From: an uncultured Chitinophagaceae bacterium
GTDB taxonomy: Bacteria > Planctomycetota > Planctomycetia > Pirellulales > UBA1268
Length of the DNA: 64,000 bases
Assembly (NCBI GenBank): GCA_964600785.1
Contig: CAZRKH010000091.1
Span: 9,037 to 73,036, forward strand
Direction of reading: 5' to 3'
The notes beneath the pieces are model-generated. The model was not told where the DNA came from, searched no databases, and saw only the letters and a program-made list of their open reading frames with translations. Shown here piece by piece: positions 34,866 to 43,273 of this stretch. The first letter of the stretch is position 1. Every line of letters begins with the position of its first letter. Position numbers and translations under genes: made by a program.

Positions 34866-35837
34866 TCAGACGACGAACATGTCTTCCTTGGTCCAGCGGG
34901 GGGCGGCGAGCTTGGCGGCAGCGGCGTGGGCGAGGTAGCTCAGTTTGCCGGTGCCGGTCTGGCCGTCCTGGGGGATCACGCCGGCGATCTTCTGGGTCTT
35001 GAAGACCGTGCCGGGCATCAGGTCGTAGAAGGGAAACTCCGGCTCGGTGCAGCCGGTGCAGGGCATCCCCGCCCGGGTCTTCGACGACTGCCTGTTCCAG
35101 AGGATCCGATTGCAGGGGGAGTGGGTCATCGGCCCGCGGCAGCCAAATTCGTAGAACAGACAGCCGGTTCGCGTGCCCTGGCCGAACTCCTGGGTGTGCT
35201 GTTTGTATTCGTAGAACTGCACGCGGGTACAGCCGGTCTGGGTGAAGGTCTTGAAGAAAGTCTGCGGCCGCTGCAGATCATCCAGGGCGATGTCACCGGC
35301 CCGTCCGCTGGCGATCGCCACGAGGATCTGCGTGACCCAATCGGGATGGGCGGGGCAGCCGGGAATGTTGATCACCGGCAGCCCCCACTTGCTCTTGAAG
35401 CCCGCCCCGAGATAGCCGCCGCGGTTCTTCTTGAGGTATTGCAGCCCGGTTGAATCGGAGGGGTTCGGCGCGGTCGCCGGGATGCCGCCCCAGCAGGCGC
35501 AGTCACCCAGGGCGACCACGGCATTGGCCACGCCGGAAAGTTCCGCCACCCACTCCTTCATCGGTCGGTCGGCAAACATGTTGAAGCGGCCGGTGCCGTG
35601 GGGCGCCTGGATGACGGTGCCCTCGAAAACGAAAATGTCGAGCTGTCGCCTGCCCGCGATGATGTCGCCGAGCATCGACTTGACATGGTCGCCCAACTCC
35701 AGGCCCAGCGAGGGATGCCAGAGCACGTCGATCCCGAAGTCGGTCACCAGGTCGCATGCGCTCGGCTCCTCGGCATTGAGAAACGACATCGTGTTGCCGC
35801 TGCAGGCGCCGCCCTGCAGCCAGAGAAGCGTGGCCAT
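34866..35837 (-). CDS. [NiFe]-hydrogenase small subunit, no Tat signal peptide
   Basis: The ATG at 35837 gives MATLLWLQGGACSGNTMS.. with no twin-arginine leader. FeS-ligand blocks are GDCACWGG, PGCPAHP and ..GCLFYEFGCRGPMTHSPC...MPCTGCTEP. 323 aa. The rest of the 822-aa track ORF is antisense to hypA/hypB. Confidence 0.9.
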   Translation of the reverse strand: MATLLWLQGGACSGNTMSFLNAEEPSACDLVTDFGIDVLWHPSLGLELGDHVKSMLGDIIAGRRQLDIFVFEGTVIQAPHGTGRFNMFADRPMKEWVAELSGVANAVVALGDCACWGGIPATAPNPSDSTGLQYLKKNRGGYLGAGFKSKWGLPVINIPGCPAHPDWVTQILVAIASGRAGDIALDDLQRPQTFFKTFTQTGCTRVQFYEYKQHTQEFGQGTRTGCLFYEFGCRGPMTHSPCNRILWNRQSSKTRAGMPCTGCTEPEFPFYDLMPGTVFKTQKIAGVIPQDGQTGTGKLSYLAHAAAAKLAAPRWTKEDMFVV

Positions 35838-35985
35838 GATTGTGCTCGCTATGCGGGTGAGGCGGGTGAGGCTCGGTGGTGCTGTGACGTCTCCGGAAGC
35901 CACACGAGGTCGCCTGGCGGCATCCGCCCTGAGCCCCGGCGGTGAATCGCACCCAATCCCTGACGCCGCTAGATTATAGGGGAGC

Positions 35986-36007
35986 GTGTTTCTCGATTGC
36001 AAAACAC
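35986..36007. promoter_or_regulatory. inverted repeat GTGTTT-N10-AAACAC in divergent hydrogenase/hypAB control region
   Basis: Perfect 6-bp arms at 35986-35991 and 36002-36007. It lies 29 nt upstream of the hypA ATG, in the 198-bp gap between divergent operons. Confidence 0.25.
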
Positions 36008-36035
36008 CCCGGCTCACGCCGCCTCGGAGGCCGCC

Positions 36036-36386
36036 ATGCACGAACTCTCGATCGCCACACGGCTGGTGGAAATGGTCGGCGAGCAGCTGGCTGCCAGCGG
36101 CGGGCGGGCCGGCAGGATCACCCTCCGGATCGGCCGGCTCTCCTGTGTCCACGAAGACTCGCTGCGGTTTTCCTTCGATCTGGTCCGCGAGGGGACCCCC
36201 GCGTCCGAGGCCACGCTCGAGATCGTGCAGCTTCCGGTGCGGGTCTATTGCCAGCGGTGCGATGACGAGTTTGAACTGCCGGGAATCCAGCGATTCATCT
36301 GCCCGTCCTGCGGCAGGCCCAGCGGCGACATCCGCCAGGGCCGGGAGCTCGACTTGGAGTCGATCGAAGTCCTCGAGACGACATGA
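36036..36386 (+). CDS. hypA: hydrogenase nickel-insertion protein HypA
   Basis: MHELSI (MHE nickel site) and a zinc ribbon CQRC...CPSCG. GGAGG lies 6 nt upstream of the ATG at 36036. Confidence 0.9.
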   Translation: MHELSIATRLVEMVGEQLAASGGRAGRITLRIGRLSCVHEDSLRFSFDLVREGTPASEATLEIVQLPVRVYCQRCDDEFELPGIQRFICPSCGRPSGDIRQGRELDLESIEVLETT

Positions 36387-36449
36387 CGGCATGACGACAT
36401 CAATCCGACACGAACCTGCAGAAACGCCACCAACCTGGAGAATTCCCGC

Positions 36450-37172
36450 ATGAGCCCCGCGTCTGACACCGCCTGTGGCCCCCGCATCCTCGAGGTGCGG
36501 ACGAAAATCCTCAAAAAGAACGACGAACTCGCCCGCGAGATGCGGCACCGCTTCGAGGCGGCCGGTGTGCTGGTGGTCAACATGGTCTCGAGCCCCGGCA
36601 CCGGCAAGACCTCGCTGCTCACCGAAACCCTGCGTCGGCTGCATGCGGCCGGTGAGCCGACCGCCGCGGTGGTGGGCGATCTCGAGACCGACAACGACGC
36701 CCGTCGGCTCGCCGAGAGCGGCGTGCCGGTGCGGCAGATCATGACCCACGGGCTGTGCCATCTGGAGGCGGACATGCTCCAGGCGGAGCTGGATGCCTGG
36801 CGGGCCGAGGGCCTCGGGGTCGAGAGCCTGCGGTATCTCTTCGTGGAGAACGTGGGCAATCTCGTCTGCCCGACGAGCTGGGATCTCGGAGAGTCGGTGC
36901 GTGCGGCGCTGCTCTCGGTGACCGAGGGGGAAGACAAGCCGCTGAAATACCCCGGCCTCTTCAACACCGCCGACGTCGCCGTGATCACCAAGGCCGATCT
37001 GGCCGATGCCTGCGAGTTTGACCGGGGCTTGGCAATGGCCAACATCGAGCGGGTCCGGCCCGGCATGCCGGTGATCGAGACGAGCATCAAGTCGGCCGCG
37101 GGGATCGACGAGTGGCTCGCGATCCTCGCTGAGCAGCGGGAGCGACTGGTTGAGGGCCGTGCGGGGGCCTGA
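36450..37172 (+). CDS. hypB: hydrogenase nickel-insertion GTPase HypB
   Basis: P-loop SSPGTGKTSLL, ..ENVGNLVCP.. and ..ITKADL.. (G-domain motifs of the HypB/UreG SIMIBI class). Confidence 0.9.
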   Translation: MSPASDTACGPRILEVRTKILKKNDELAREMRHRFEAAGVLVVNMVSSPGTGKTSLLTETLRRLHAAGEPTAAVVGDLETDNDARRLAESGVPVRQIMTHGLCHLEADMLQAELDAWRAEGLGVESLRYLFVENVGNLVCPTSWDLGESVRAALLSVTEGEDKPLKYPGLFNTADVAVITKADLADACEFDRGLAMANIERVRPGMPVIETSIKSAAGIDEWLAILAEQRERLVEGRAGA

Positions 37173-37182
37173 CTGCCGAACC

Positions 37183-38754
37183 TCAGGGCAACACCCGCTC
37201 GCCGACGGCGGTGTTGAGCTGGAACATCGAGCGGCGGTGTCGCACCAGGGCCTCGAGATACTGTCTCGAGATCTCGCCGTAGGCCCGCTGAGCCTCGATC
37301 TTCGAGATCGTGCCGGCCGCGCCCGGTTCGGCACCCCGCAGGGCGAGTTCCAGGTTTTCCCGGGCCGCCGGAAGGATCTCCTCCTCGATCCGCCCGAGCG
37401 TCGCGAGCGTCACGTCGTAGGCCGCCTCGGCCCGCTGCACCTCGAGCATCACCTGCCGTTCGAGATTGGCCAATTGGGACCTCGTCTGCAGCACGGTGTG
37501 TTCGGCCCGGGCGATGTTGCCCTGGTTGCGATTGAAGACCGGCAAGGGAAGCGTGCCCCCCATCGCCCAGGAGTAGGAGGCGCGGTCGCCGGGATCGAGG
37601 CCCTCCTGGGCGGTGAACGGCTGGTAGAGCAGGAAGGCATCGTCCATGCGATTGGCCCGGGCCAGCCGCACCTCCGAACGGGCCCGCTCGACGCCCAGGC
37701 GGAACGCCACCAGGTCGGGCCGGCAGGCCTGAGCGCGTGCCACGAGTTCGTTGACTGGGGGAATCTGCAGCCGCTGCGAGCGGAGCCGGCCGCGGATCGG
37801 GAATGTTTCCGCCTCTTCCGGCGGGATTGCAAGCAGCGCCGCGAGGGTTCGCATCGCGTCGTCGTAGGTCTCCCGGGTCTCGAGCAGCGTGAGGTCGGTG
37901 CTGTCGATCTGAATCTCGACATTGTTGACCTCGGTCTGGTTCAGTTCACCCCGCTGCACGCGGGCCTCGGTGGCCCGCTTCTGTATCTCCAGATTCTCCA
38001 TGCCCGCCTCGAGAAAACGGATCGAGGCTCGTGCCGCCAGCACGTCGGCCCAGGCCGTGTAGAGGTTGTCGATCTGGATCCGCACCGCATCCTGAAAGAG
38101 GGCCTCGGTGACCCGCTGGGCACGGGTTGCCACGTCGATCCGCCGCTGCCGCTTGTTGTTGATGTCGAGCGGCAGCGTGATGTTGGCGTCGTACTGCGTC
38201 GGCCCGCCACCGCTGCCGGCGAAATTGCCATACGGCACCATCGAGGCGTCGGTGTAGATCAGGGGATTGCCCCGCAGGCCGGCGGTCAGCAGGTCGGCCC
38301 TGGCTTTTGATATTTCCATTTCCTGGGCGCGGAGTTCGAGGTTCTGGCTCAAGAGCCGCTCGATCGCCTCGGCGATCGTCATCCCGTCGGCCGGCTCGGG
38401 AATGATCGCCTCGGGCTGCCCCAGCCGGCCGCCGAGGGGCAGCGGTTCGGCCTCCCCGGCCACCGGCGAGAATGATTCGATTCTGACCACCGGTTCGGGC
38501 TTGAAGGGCTCCGGCGGCTGGGTGATCCCCCGCGGAACGCGGGGATAGTTCGGGCCCGGTCCGACCGGAATCACCGCCTCGATCTGGCCGCCGCCGTCGA
38601 TGTCGACCGCCCCGCTGGCTCCCGGCGGTGGCGGCAGGGGAGAGGCGGACGGATCACCCGGATCGGCCCCGGCAGGCGACGACGCCAGGCAGACCAGCAG
38701 GCAGCCGCAGGCAACCCGGGCGGCCGAAAGCGGGCTCGTCTGCTGGCGGTTCAT
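37183..38754 (-). CDS. TolC-family outer-membrane efflux protein
   Basis: Signal plus Pro-rich linker, then the two OEP repeats (..TIAEAIERLLSQNLELRAQEMEISKARADLLTAG.. / ..LVARAQACRPDLVAFRLGVERARSEVRLA..). Confidence 0.8.
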   Translation of the reverse strand: MNRQQTSPLSAARVACGCLLVCLASSPAGADPGDPSASPLPPPPGASGAVDIDGGGQIEAVIPVGPGPNYPRVPRGITQPPEPFKPEPVVRIESFSPVAGEAEPLPLGGRLGQPEAIIPEPADGMTIAEAIERLLSQNLELRAQEMEISKARADLLTAGLRGNPLIYTDASMVPYGNFAGSGGGPTQYDANITLPLDINNKRQRRIDVATRAQRVTEALFQDAVRIQIDNLYTAWADVLAARASIRFLEAGMENLEIQKRATEARVQRGELNQTEVNNVEIQIDSTDLTLLETRETYDDAMRTLAALLAIPPEEAETFPIRGRLRSQRLQIPPVNELVARAQACRPDLVAFRLGVERARSEVRLARANRMDDAFLLYQPFTAQEGLDPGDRASYSWAMGGTLPLPVFNRNQGNIARAEHTVLQTRSQLANLERQVMLEVQRAEAAYDVTLATLGRIEEEILPAARENLELALRGAEPGAAGTISKIEAQRAYGEISRQYLEALVRHRRSMFQLNTAVGERVLP

Positions 38755-38884
38755 CGGTCGGTGTCCTGCGGCGAGGGCTGCGTGTGCGGACGATTCTCCT
38801 GGCGAATCGACCCTGCGGGTCGTATCGATGATATCGGTCGTGCCGGCCCGGGGCCTTGAAAGCGTTTCGGCTGCCGAGTCGAGC

Positions 38885-39640
38885 TCAGAAAGAGCCCAGA
38901 TTGAAGTTCACAAACGCCCCGAACGGCCCGACACCGATATTCATGCCCGAGGAACGCTGGGTGTCGGAGAACGGCGGCGAGCCATCGGCGTTGCCGCCGC
39001 GGTAGGGGGAGTAGGCCGCGGCGCGGCTACGGGAGGCGGCCGCGGCCGCGGAGGCGGCGGCTGTCTGCTGGCGGTTGGTGTCGGCCGCCTCGGCAAGGGC
39101 CTGCCGTCGCTCGTCGAAGGCCTGCTGACGCTGGCCGAGGGTGGCCCGCTTCCGGCCGATCCGGTCGATCTCCTGCTGCAGCTGGGCCGCCGACATCGAC
39201 GCGGCGTCGGGAAGCTGGCGGAGCTCCGTCGCCCGCTTGCGGTCGGACATCACCGAGAGATACTCCCCCAGCCAGGCCTTGGCGTCGCGGGCCTCGGGGG
39301 TTTCCAGGATCGCGAGCTTGGCGTCGAGGTCGTCGAGGAGATACTCGAGTTCCGCCGCAGTCATGGCCATCACCCGCTCGTTGAAGTCGGCCTTGATTCG
39401 GGCCACCTCCTGCGGCGTGTAGATCTGCTGGCTGTCGAGCCACTGGCCAAACTCGAAGATCGCCCGCTGCCAGCGATCGCCGTGCATGATCTCGGCCCGC
39501 CGGGCGAGGTCGTCATCGGCGGCGGCGGCCGGCTCGGCGGCGGCCGTGCTTCCGGCAAGCACGACGGAAAAAATCGTCGCGGCTGCGGCGATGGGGAGCC
39601 GGAAGCGGGACAATGCGCGGGTGAGGGCATGTCGGGTCAT
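38885..39640 (-). CDS. secreted coiled-coil protein, unknown function
   Basis: ATG at 39640 overlaps the upstream stop (ATGA). It has a signal peptide (..IAAAATIFSVVLAGSTAAA), a Q/R/E/A-rich helical middle and a Gly/aromatic C-terminus ..GMNIGVGPFGAFVNFNLGSF. Confidence 0.55.
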   Translation of the reverse strand: MTRHALTRALSRFRLPIAAAATIFSVVLAGSTAAAEPAAAADDDLARRAEIMHGDRWQRAIFEFGQWLDSQQIYTPQEVARIKADFNERVMAMTAAELEYLLDDLDAKLAILETPEARDAKAWLGEYLSVMSDRKRATELRQLPDAASMSAAQLQQEIDRIGRKRATLGQRQQAFDERRQALAEAADTNRQQTAAASAAAAASRSRAAAYSPYRGGNADGSPPFSDTQRSSGMNIGVGPFGAFVNFNLGSF

Positions 39641-40608
39641 CGTGATCCTTGCGGCGTGGGGGCATTGCCCGACTTGCGGAGCATGATCAGGTCGACCGGC
39701 GGGATGCGGTCGTCGCCGATGTCGGTCGGCAGCGACTGCCATCGGCAGCGGTTTGGGCCATCGGGGGTGTAGATGTTCAGCGAGGTGTGCTGTGTGCCGT
39801 CGGGATCGATGGTGCGGGCCTCGGCCACCCAGCTGCGGCCCTCGCGGTGCCATTCGGCCTCGCCGCGGGTGCCGTCGGAGCCGAACTTCCAGGAGTGGAT
39901 CGTTTTGCCGATCGGATCCCAGCCGATCCACTGCGTGACCCGCATCGGCGGAGCCTCGGCCGAGCGGGTGATCTTCATCACGCGAACCAGGTAGCTGCGG
40001 CTCTCGTTCCAGCGGGCGGCAACCTCGATCGCCGGGCCGGCTCCGTTCTCGGCCGAGTCGTCGCCGTCGGCGTCGTCGACCACCCGCCAGCTGCCGGTCA
40101 TCCAGTCGAGATCGGCCAGGGTCGCTCGGCCGTCTGCCGGTTCGACGGCAGCCTCCCGCACCGCGGCGAGTTTCCAGCGGCCTTCGTGGCGAACCCAGGT
40201 CGCCGCGAATCGTCCCCGCAGCGGCTCACCCTCGGGAGGCAGAATCTCCACGCTGCCGTCCTCGATGGCGGTGTCCGGCCCGAGAAAGCGGATCGACGTT
40301 TCGGTCATTCGGATGCGGGGCAGGGCGGCGGCACCGGCCGCTGCGGCCACCTCGCCGGCGGGAATCCGGTTGCCATCGGCATCGACGATGTCGCCCTCGG
40401 GCATCCACAGCGAGGCGAGGGTGCGGCCATCCCCCGCCTCAACCGCCTCGCGATAGGCCTTGGAGGCGGCATGAATCGCCGCGGTGTCATCGGCCACAGC
40501 GAGTTGACCAACGACTGACAGGCCGAGCAACACCAACACAGCCTGCGGCAACGCAGCCTGCGGCTTGCCACCCTCGGCCGAGGTTCTCCGCCTGCCTTTG
40601 AAATGCAT
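39637..40608 (-). CDS. secreted tandem NTF2-like (SnoaL/DUF4440-type) protein
   Basis: Signal peptide, then two repeats with a DUF4440-like pattern (..AIHAASKAYREAVEAGDGRTLASLWMPEGDIV... and ..DLDWMTGSWRVV..). Confidence 0.55.
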   Translation of the reverse strand: MHFKGRRRTSAEGGKPQAALPQAVLVLLGLSVVGQLAVADDTAAIHAASKAYREAVEAGDGRTLASLWMPEGDIVDADGNRIPAGEVAAAAGAAALPRIRMTETSIRFLGPDTAIEDGSVEILPPEGEPLRGRFAATWVRHEGRWKLAAVREAAVEPADGRATLADLDWMTGSWRVVDDADGDDSAENGAGPAIEVAARWNESRSYLVRVMKITRSAEAPPMRVTQWIGWDPIGKTIHSWKFGSDGTRGEAEWHREGRSWVAEARTIDPDGTQHTSLNIYTPDGPNRCRWQSLPTDIGDDRIPPVDLIMLRKSGNAPTPQGSR

Positions 40609-40758
40609 TCCGTCCTCTGAACGATACTTGGCTTGAAGTAGTTGGCGTGCGACGGCATCAAATTAGGTCTGGACGCCAATCGGATTGTAGCCCGCAGTCT
40701 TGGGCGAATCACCCGCGTAGAGTATTGAGCCGCCGAGGGGCGGGTCGCAGTCGCCTTT

Positions 40759-43194
40759 TCACCGTCGTGCCAGCACCGCTTGGCCCAGCGAGAGCCCGCC
40801 GTCGTTGGGGGGCACGCGGTGGTGGGTGAGCACCGCGAGGCCCGCCTGGTCGAGCCGGGCGATTGTCAGCTCCGTGAGCCGCGCATTTTGAAAGACGCCA
40901 CCCGTCAGGCCCACGGCTTCGGCGGCACAGCCCGCCGCGAGACGAACGGCCACCGCCGCGATTCCATCGGCCACCGCTTGATGGAAGGCCGCCGCAATGG
41001 CTTCCGGCGGCTCGCCGGCGGCCGCATCGCGGGTCATCGTGTCGATGAGTTGCTGCCAGCCGAGTGAGAACACCGCGTCAGAAGCCCCTGCGTGGGTGCC
41101 GGCTGGATGCGTGCTCGTGCTATTTTTGTCGGCTGCCTCGGGCAGGGAGAAGGCGTAGCGGAGCTTTCCGCTGCCGGCCGGATTCCCGCTTGCGGCCGCC
41201 TCCAGCCGCATCGCCGGCTCGGCTTCGTAGTGGGCATGGTGGCAGAGACCCGTGATCGAGGCGACCGCATCAAACAGGCGGCCCATGCTCGTCGTGGGCA
41301 GGCAGTTGAAGCCGCTGGCCAGCTGGCGGTGAACCACAGCCAGTTCCCGGGGGCCCGCGGGCGGCCCTCCCGGCCAGAGCCGGCACCTGTCGGCGGCGGG
41401 CATGATGCCAGCCGCGGACGCCACCGCCAGGGCGGTTCGCCAGGGATGGCGAATCGCTGCATCGCCCCCGGGCAGCGGAAAGGGAGCCAGGCGGGCCGCC
41501 AGCCGGGCCCGGCCCCGCTCGACCACGAAAAACTCACCGCCGGCGATCGTGCCGTCACGGGCATAGCCGGTGCCATCGAAGCAGGCCACCACCACGGCTC
41601 CGGCGGAGATGCCCAGGCCGTGTTCGGCCAGAAGCGAGGCCGCATGGGCCTCGTGGTGCTGCAGCTGCACCAGCGGAATCCCTCGGGCCGTGGCAAATTC
41701 GCGGGCCCAGCCAGTCGAGAGATAGCCGGGGTGCAGATCGGCGGCCACCCGCTCAGGAGCAATCCCGAAGAGCTTCATCAGATGCTCGGCGGCGCCGGAG
41801 AGCGCCTCGAGTGACTCCGGGCTGCCAAGGTCGCCGATATGCTGGCTGAGGATCGCCTCGCGGCCGCGTGCCAGGCAGAGCGTGGCCTTGAGTTCCCCGC
41901 CCACGGCGAGCACCGCCGGGCCGTCATCGGCGAGCCGGATCGGCAGCGGGGCGAAGCCGCGGCTGCGGCGGACCGGCACCGCCGTTCCCGCCACGCACCG
42001 CACCACCGAGTCGTCGCAGGCGACGTGGATCGGCCGGTCATGCAGCAGGAAGGCGTCGGCCAGTCCGGCCAGGCGTGTCACGGCCTCTCGATTCTCGCGG
42101 GCGATCGGCTCCTCCGAAAGGTTGCCTGAGGTCATCACCAGCGGTGGCAGGCCCTCACAGAGCATCGCGTGCAGCGGTGTGTAGGGGAGCATCACGCCGA
42201 GAAAGCCGTTGCCCGCGGCGGCCAGTTCGGCCACGACGAGCCCTTCGCCGTGCGGCCTCCCTTCGCCGTGCGGCACCCCTTCGCCGTGCGGCATTTTGAG
42301 CAGCACGATTGCTTTGGCCGGATCGGTCAGCAGACGGGCCTCTTGCTCGCTGATCGCGGCCAGCCTGCGGGCCGTCGCCAGGGAGTCTGCCATCACCGCC
42401 AGCGGCTTGCTGCCGCGGCCCTTGCGGGCCCGCAGCCGGGCGACCGCCTGCGGGTTGGTCGCGTCGCAGGCGAGATGAAAGCCGCCGAGACCCTTGATCG
42501 CCAGAATCCCGCCGGCCAGCAGCCGCGAGCGGGCGTCGGCAATCGCCGTCTCGCCGAGGCGGCCGGCGGCGGGCCGTTCGATGGTCAGGCCTCCGGCCTC
42601 GTCAGCCGCGGCCAGCCAGACCACCGGCCCGCAGTCCGGGCAGGCAATCGGCTGGGCGTGGAAGCGGCGGTCGGCGGGGTCGGTGTATTCGCTACGGCAG
42701 GCCTCGCACATCGCAAAGCGGTCCATCGTGGTCCGCGGACGGTCATAGGGCAGGGCGGTGATGATCGTGTAGCGGGGGCCGCAGTCGGTGCAGTTGGTGA
42801 ACGGGTAACGGTGGCGGCGGGCGGTGGCATCGGCGACCTCGGCGGCACAGGCGGGGCAGGTGGCGATGTCGGGTGGCAGCGTGGCATGCCCCTCGGCGAT
42901 CGGGTCACCGTGGCGGCCGCTTGCCAGGATCGCAAAGCCCTCCTCGACGCCCAGCGGAGAAAGCGGCTGTTGGTGCATCGCCTCGATCACCGCCAAAGGC
43001 GGCCGCTCGCGGCCGATCGCCGCGCTGAATTCCGCAATGCTCTGCGGCTCCCCCTCGACCTCGATCGTCACGCCATCGGCATCGTTCTCCACCCAGCCAG
43101 ACAGGCCGTGACGACGGGCCAGCCGCCAGATGAAGGGACGAAAGCCGACCCCCTGCACGATGCCGGTGATGCGGAGCCTGCGGCGTGCGGTCAT
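40759..43194 (-). CDS. hypF: carbamoyltransferase HypF
   Basis: Acylphosphatase domain (..GIVQGVGFRPFIWRLA..), two CxxC-x18-CxxC zinc fingers (CPAC..C.DCGPRY / CEAC..CPDCGP), a YrdC-like domain and a Kae1-like domain. 811 aa. Confidence 0.95.
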   Translation of the reverse strand: MTARRRLRITGIVQGVGFRPFIWRLARRHGLSGWVENDADGVTIEVEGEPQSIAEFSAAIGRERPPLAVIEAMHQQPLSPLGVEEGFAILASGRHGDPIAEGHATLPPDIATCPACAAEVADATARRHRYPFTNCTDCGPRYTIITALPYDRPRTTMDRFAMCEACRSEYTDPADRRFHAQPIACPDCGPVVWLAAADEAGGLTIERPAAGRLGETAIADARSRLLAGGILAIKGLGGFHLACDATNPQAVARLRARKGRGSKPLAVMADSLATARRLAAISEQEARLLTDPAKAIVLLKMPHGEGVPHGEGRPHGEGLVVAELAAAGNGFLGVMLPYTPLHAMLCEGLPPLVMTSGNLSEEPIARENREAVTRLAGLADAFLLHDRPIHVACDDSVVRCVAGTAVPVRRSRGFAPLPIRLADDGPAVLAVGGELKATLCLARGREAILSQHIGDLGSPESLEALSGAAEHLMKLFGIAPERVAADLHPGYLSTGWAREFATARGIPLVQLQHHEAHAASLLAEHGLGISAGAVVVACFDGTGYARDGTIAGGEFFVVERGRARLAARLAPFPLPGGDAAIRHPWRTALAVASAAGIMPAADRCRLWPGGPPAGPRELAVVHRQLASGFNCLPTTSMGRLFDAVASITGLCHHAHYEAEPAMRLEAAASGNPAGSGKLRYAFSLPEAADKNSTSTHPAGTHAGASDAVFSLGWQQLIDTMTRDAAAGEPPEAIAAAFHQAVADGIAAVAVRLAAGCAAEAVGLTGGVFQNARLTELTIARLDQAGLAVLTHHRVPPNDGGLSLGQAVLARR

Positions 43195-43273
43195 GGTGGC
43201 CCTCGGGGTCGCCGTCTACCATACCCCGGCACCCGCCCCAATCGCCGCCATCGTTCAAAGCCCCACCGCCCCG

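Noticed and set aside
32723-35002. 759-aa plus-strand ORF over the hydrogenase structural genes
   Set aside because: It is antisense to the endopeptidase and large subunit. It has no motifs.
35838-37334. N-terminal 499 aa of the 822-aa minus-strand ORF 34866..37334
   Set aside because: Only the last 323 aa (from ATG 35837) are hydrogenase small subunit. The upstream part is antisense to hypA/hypB and crosses the intergenic promoter region.
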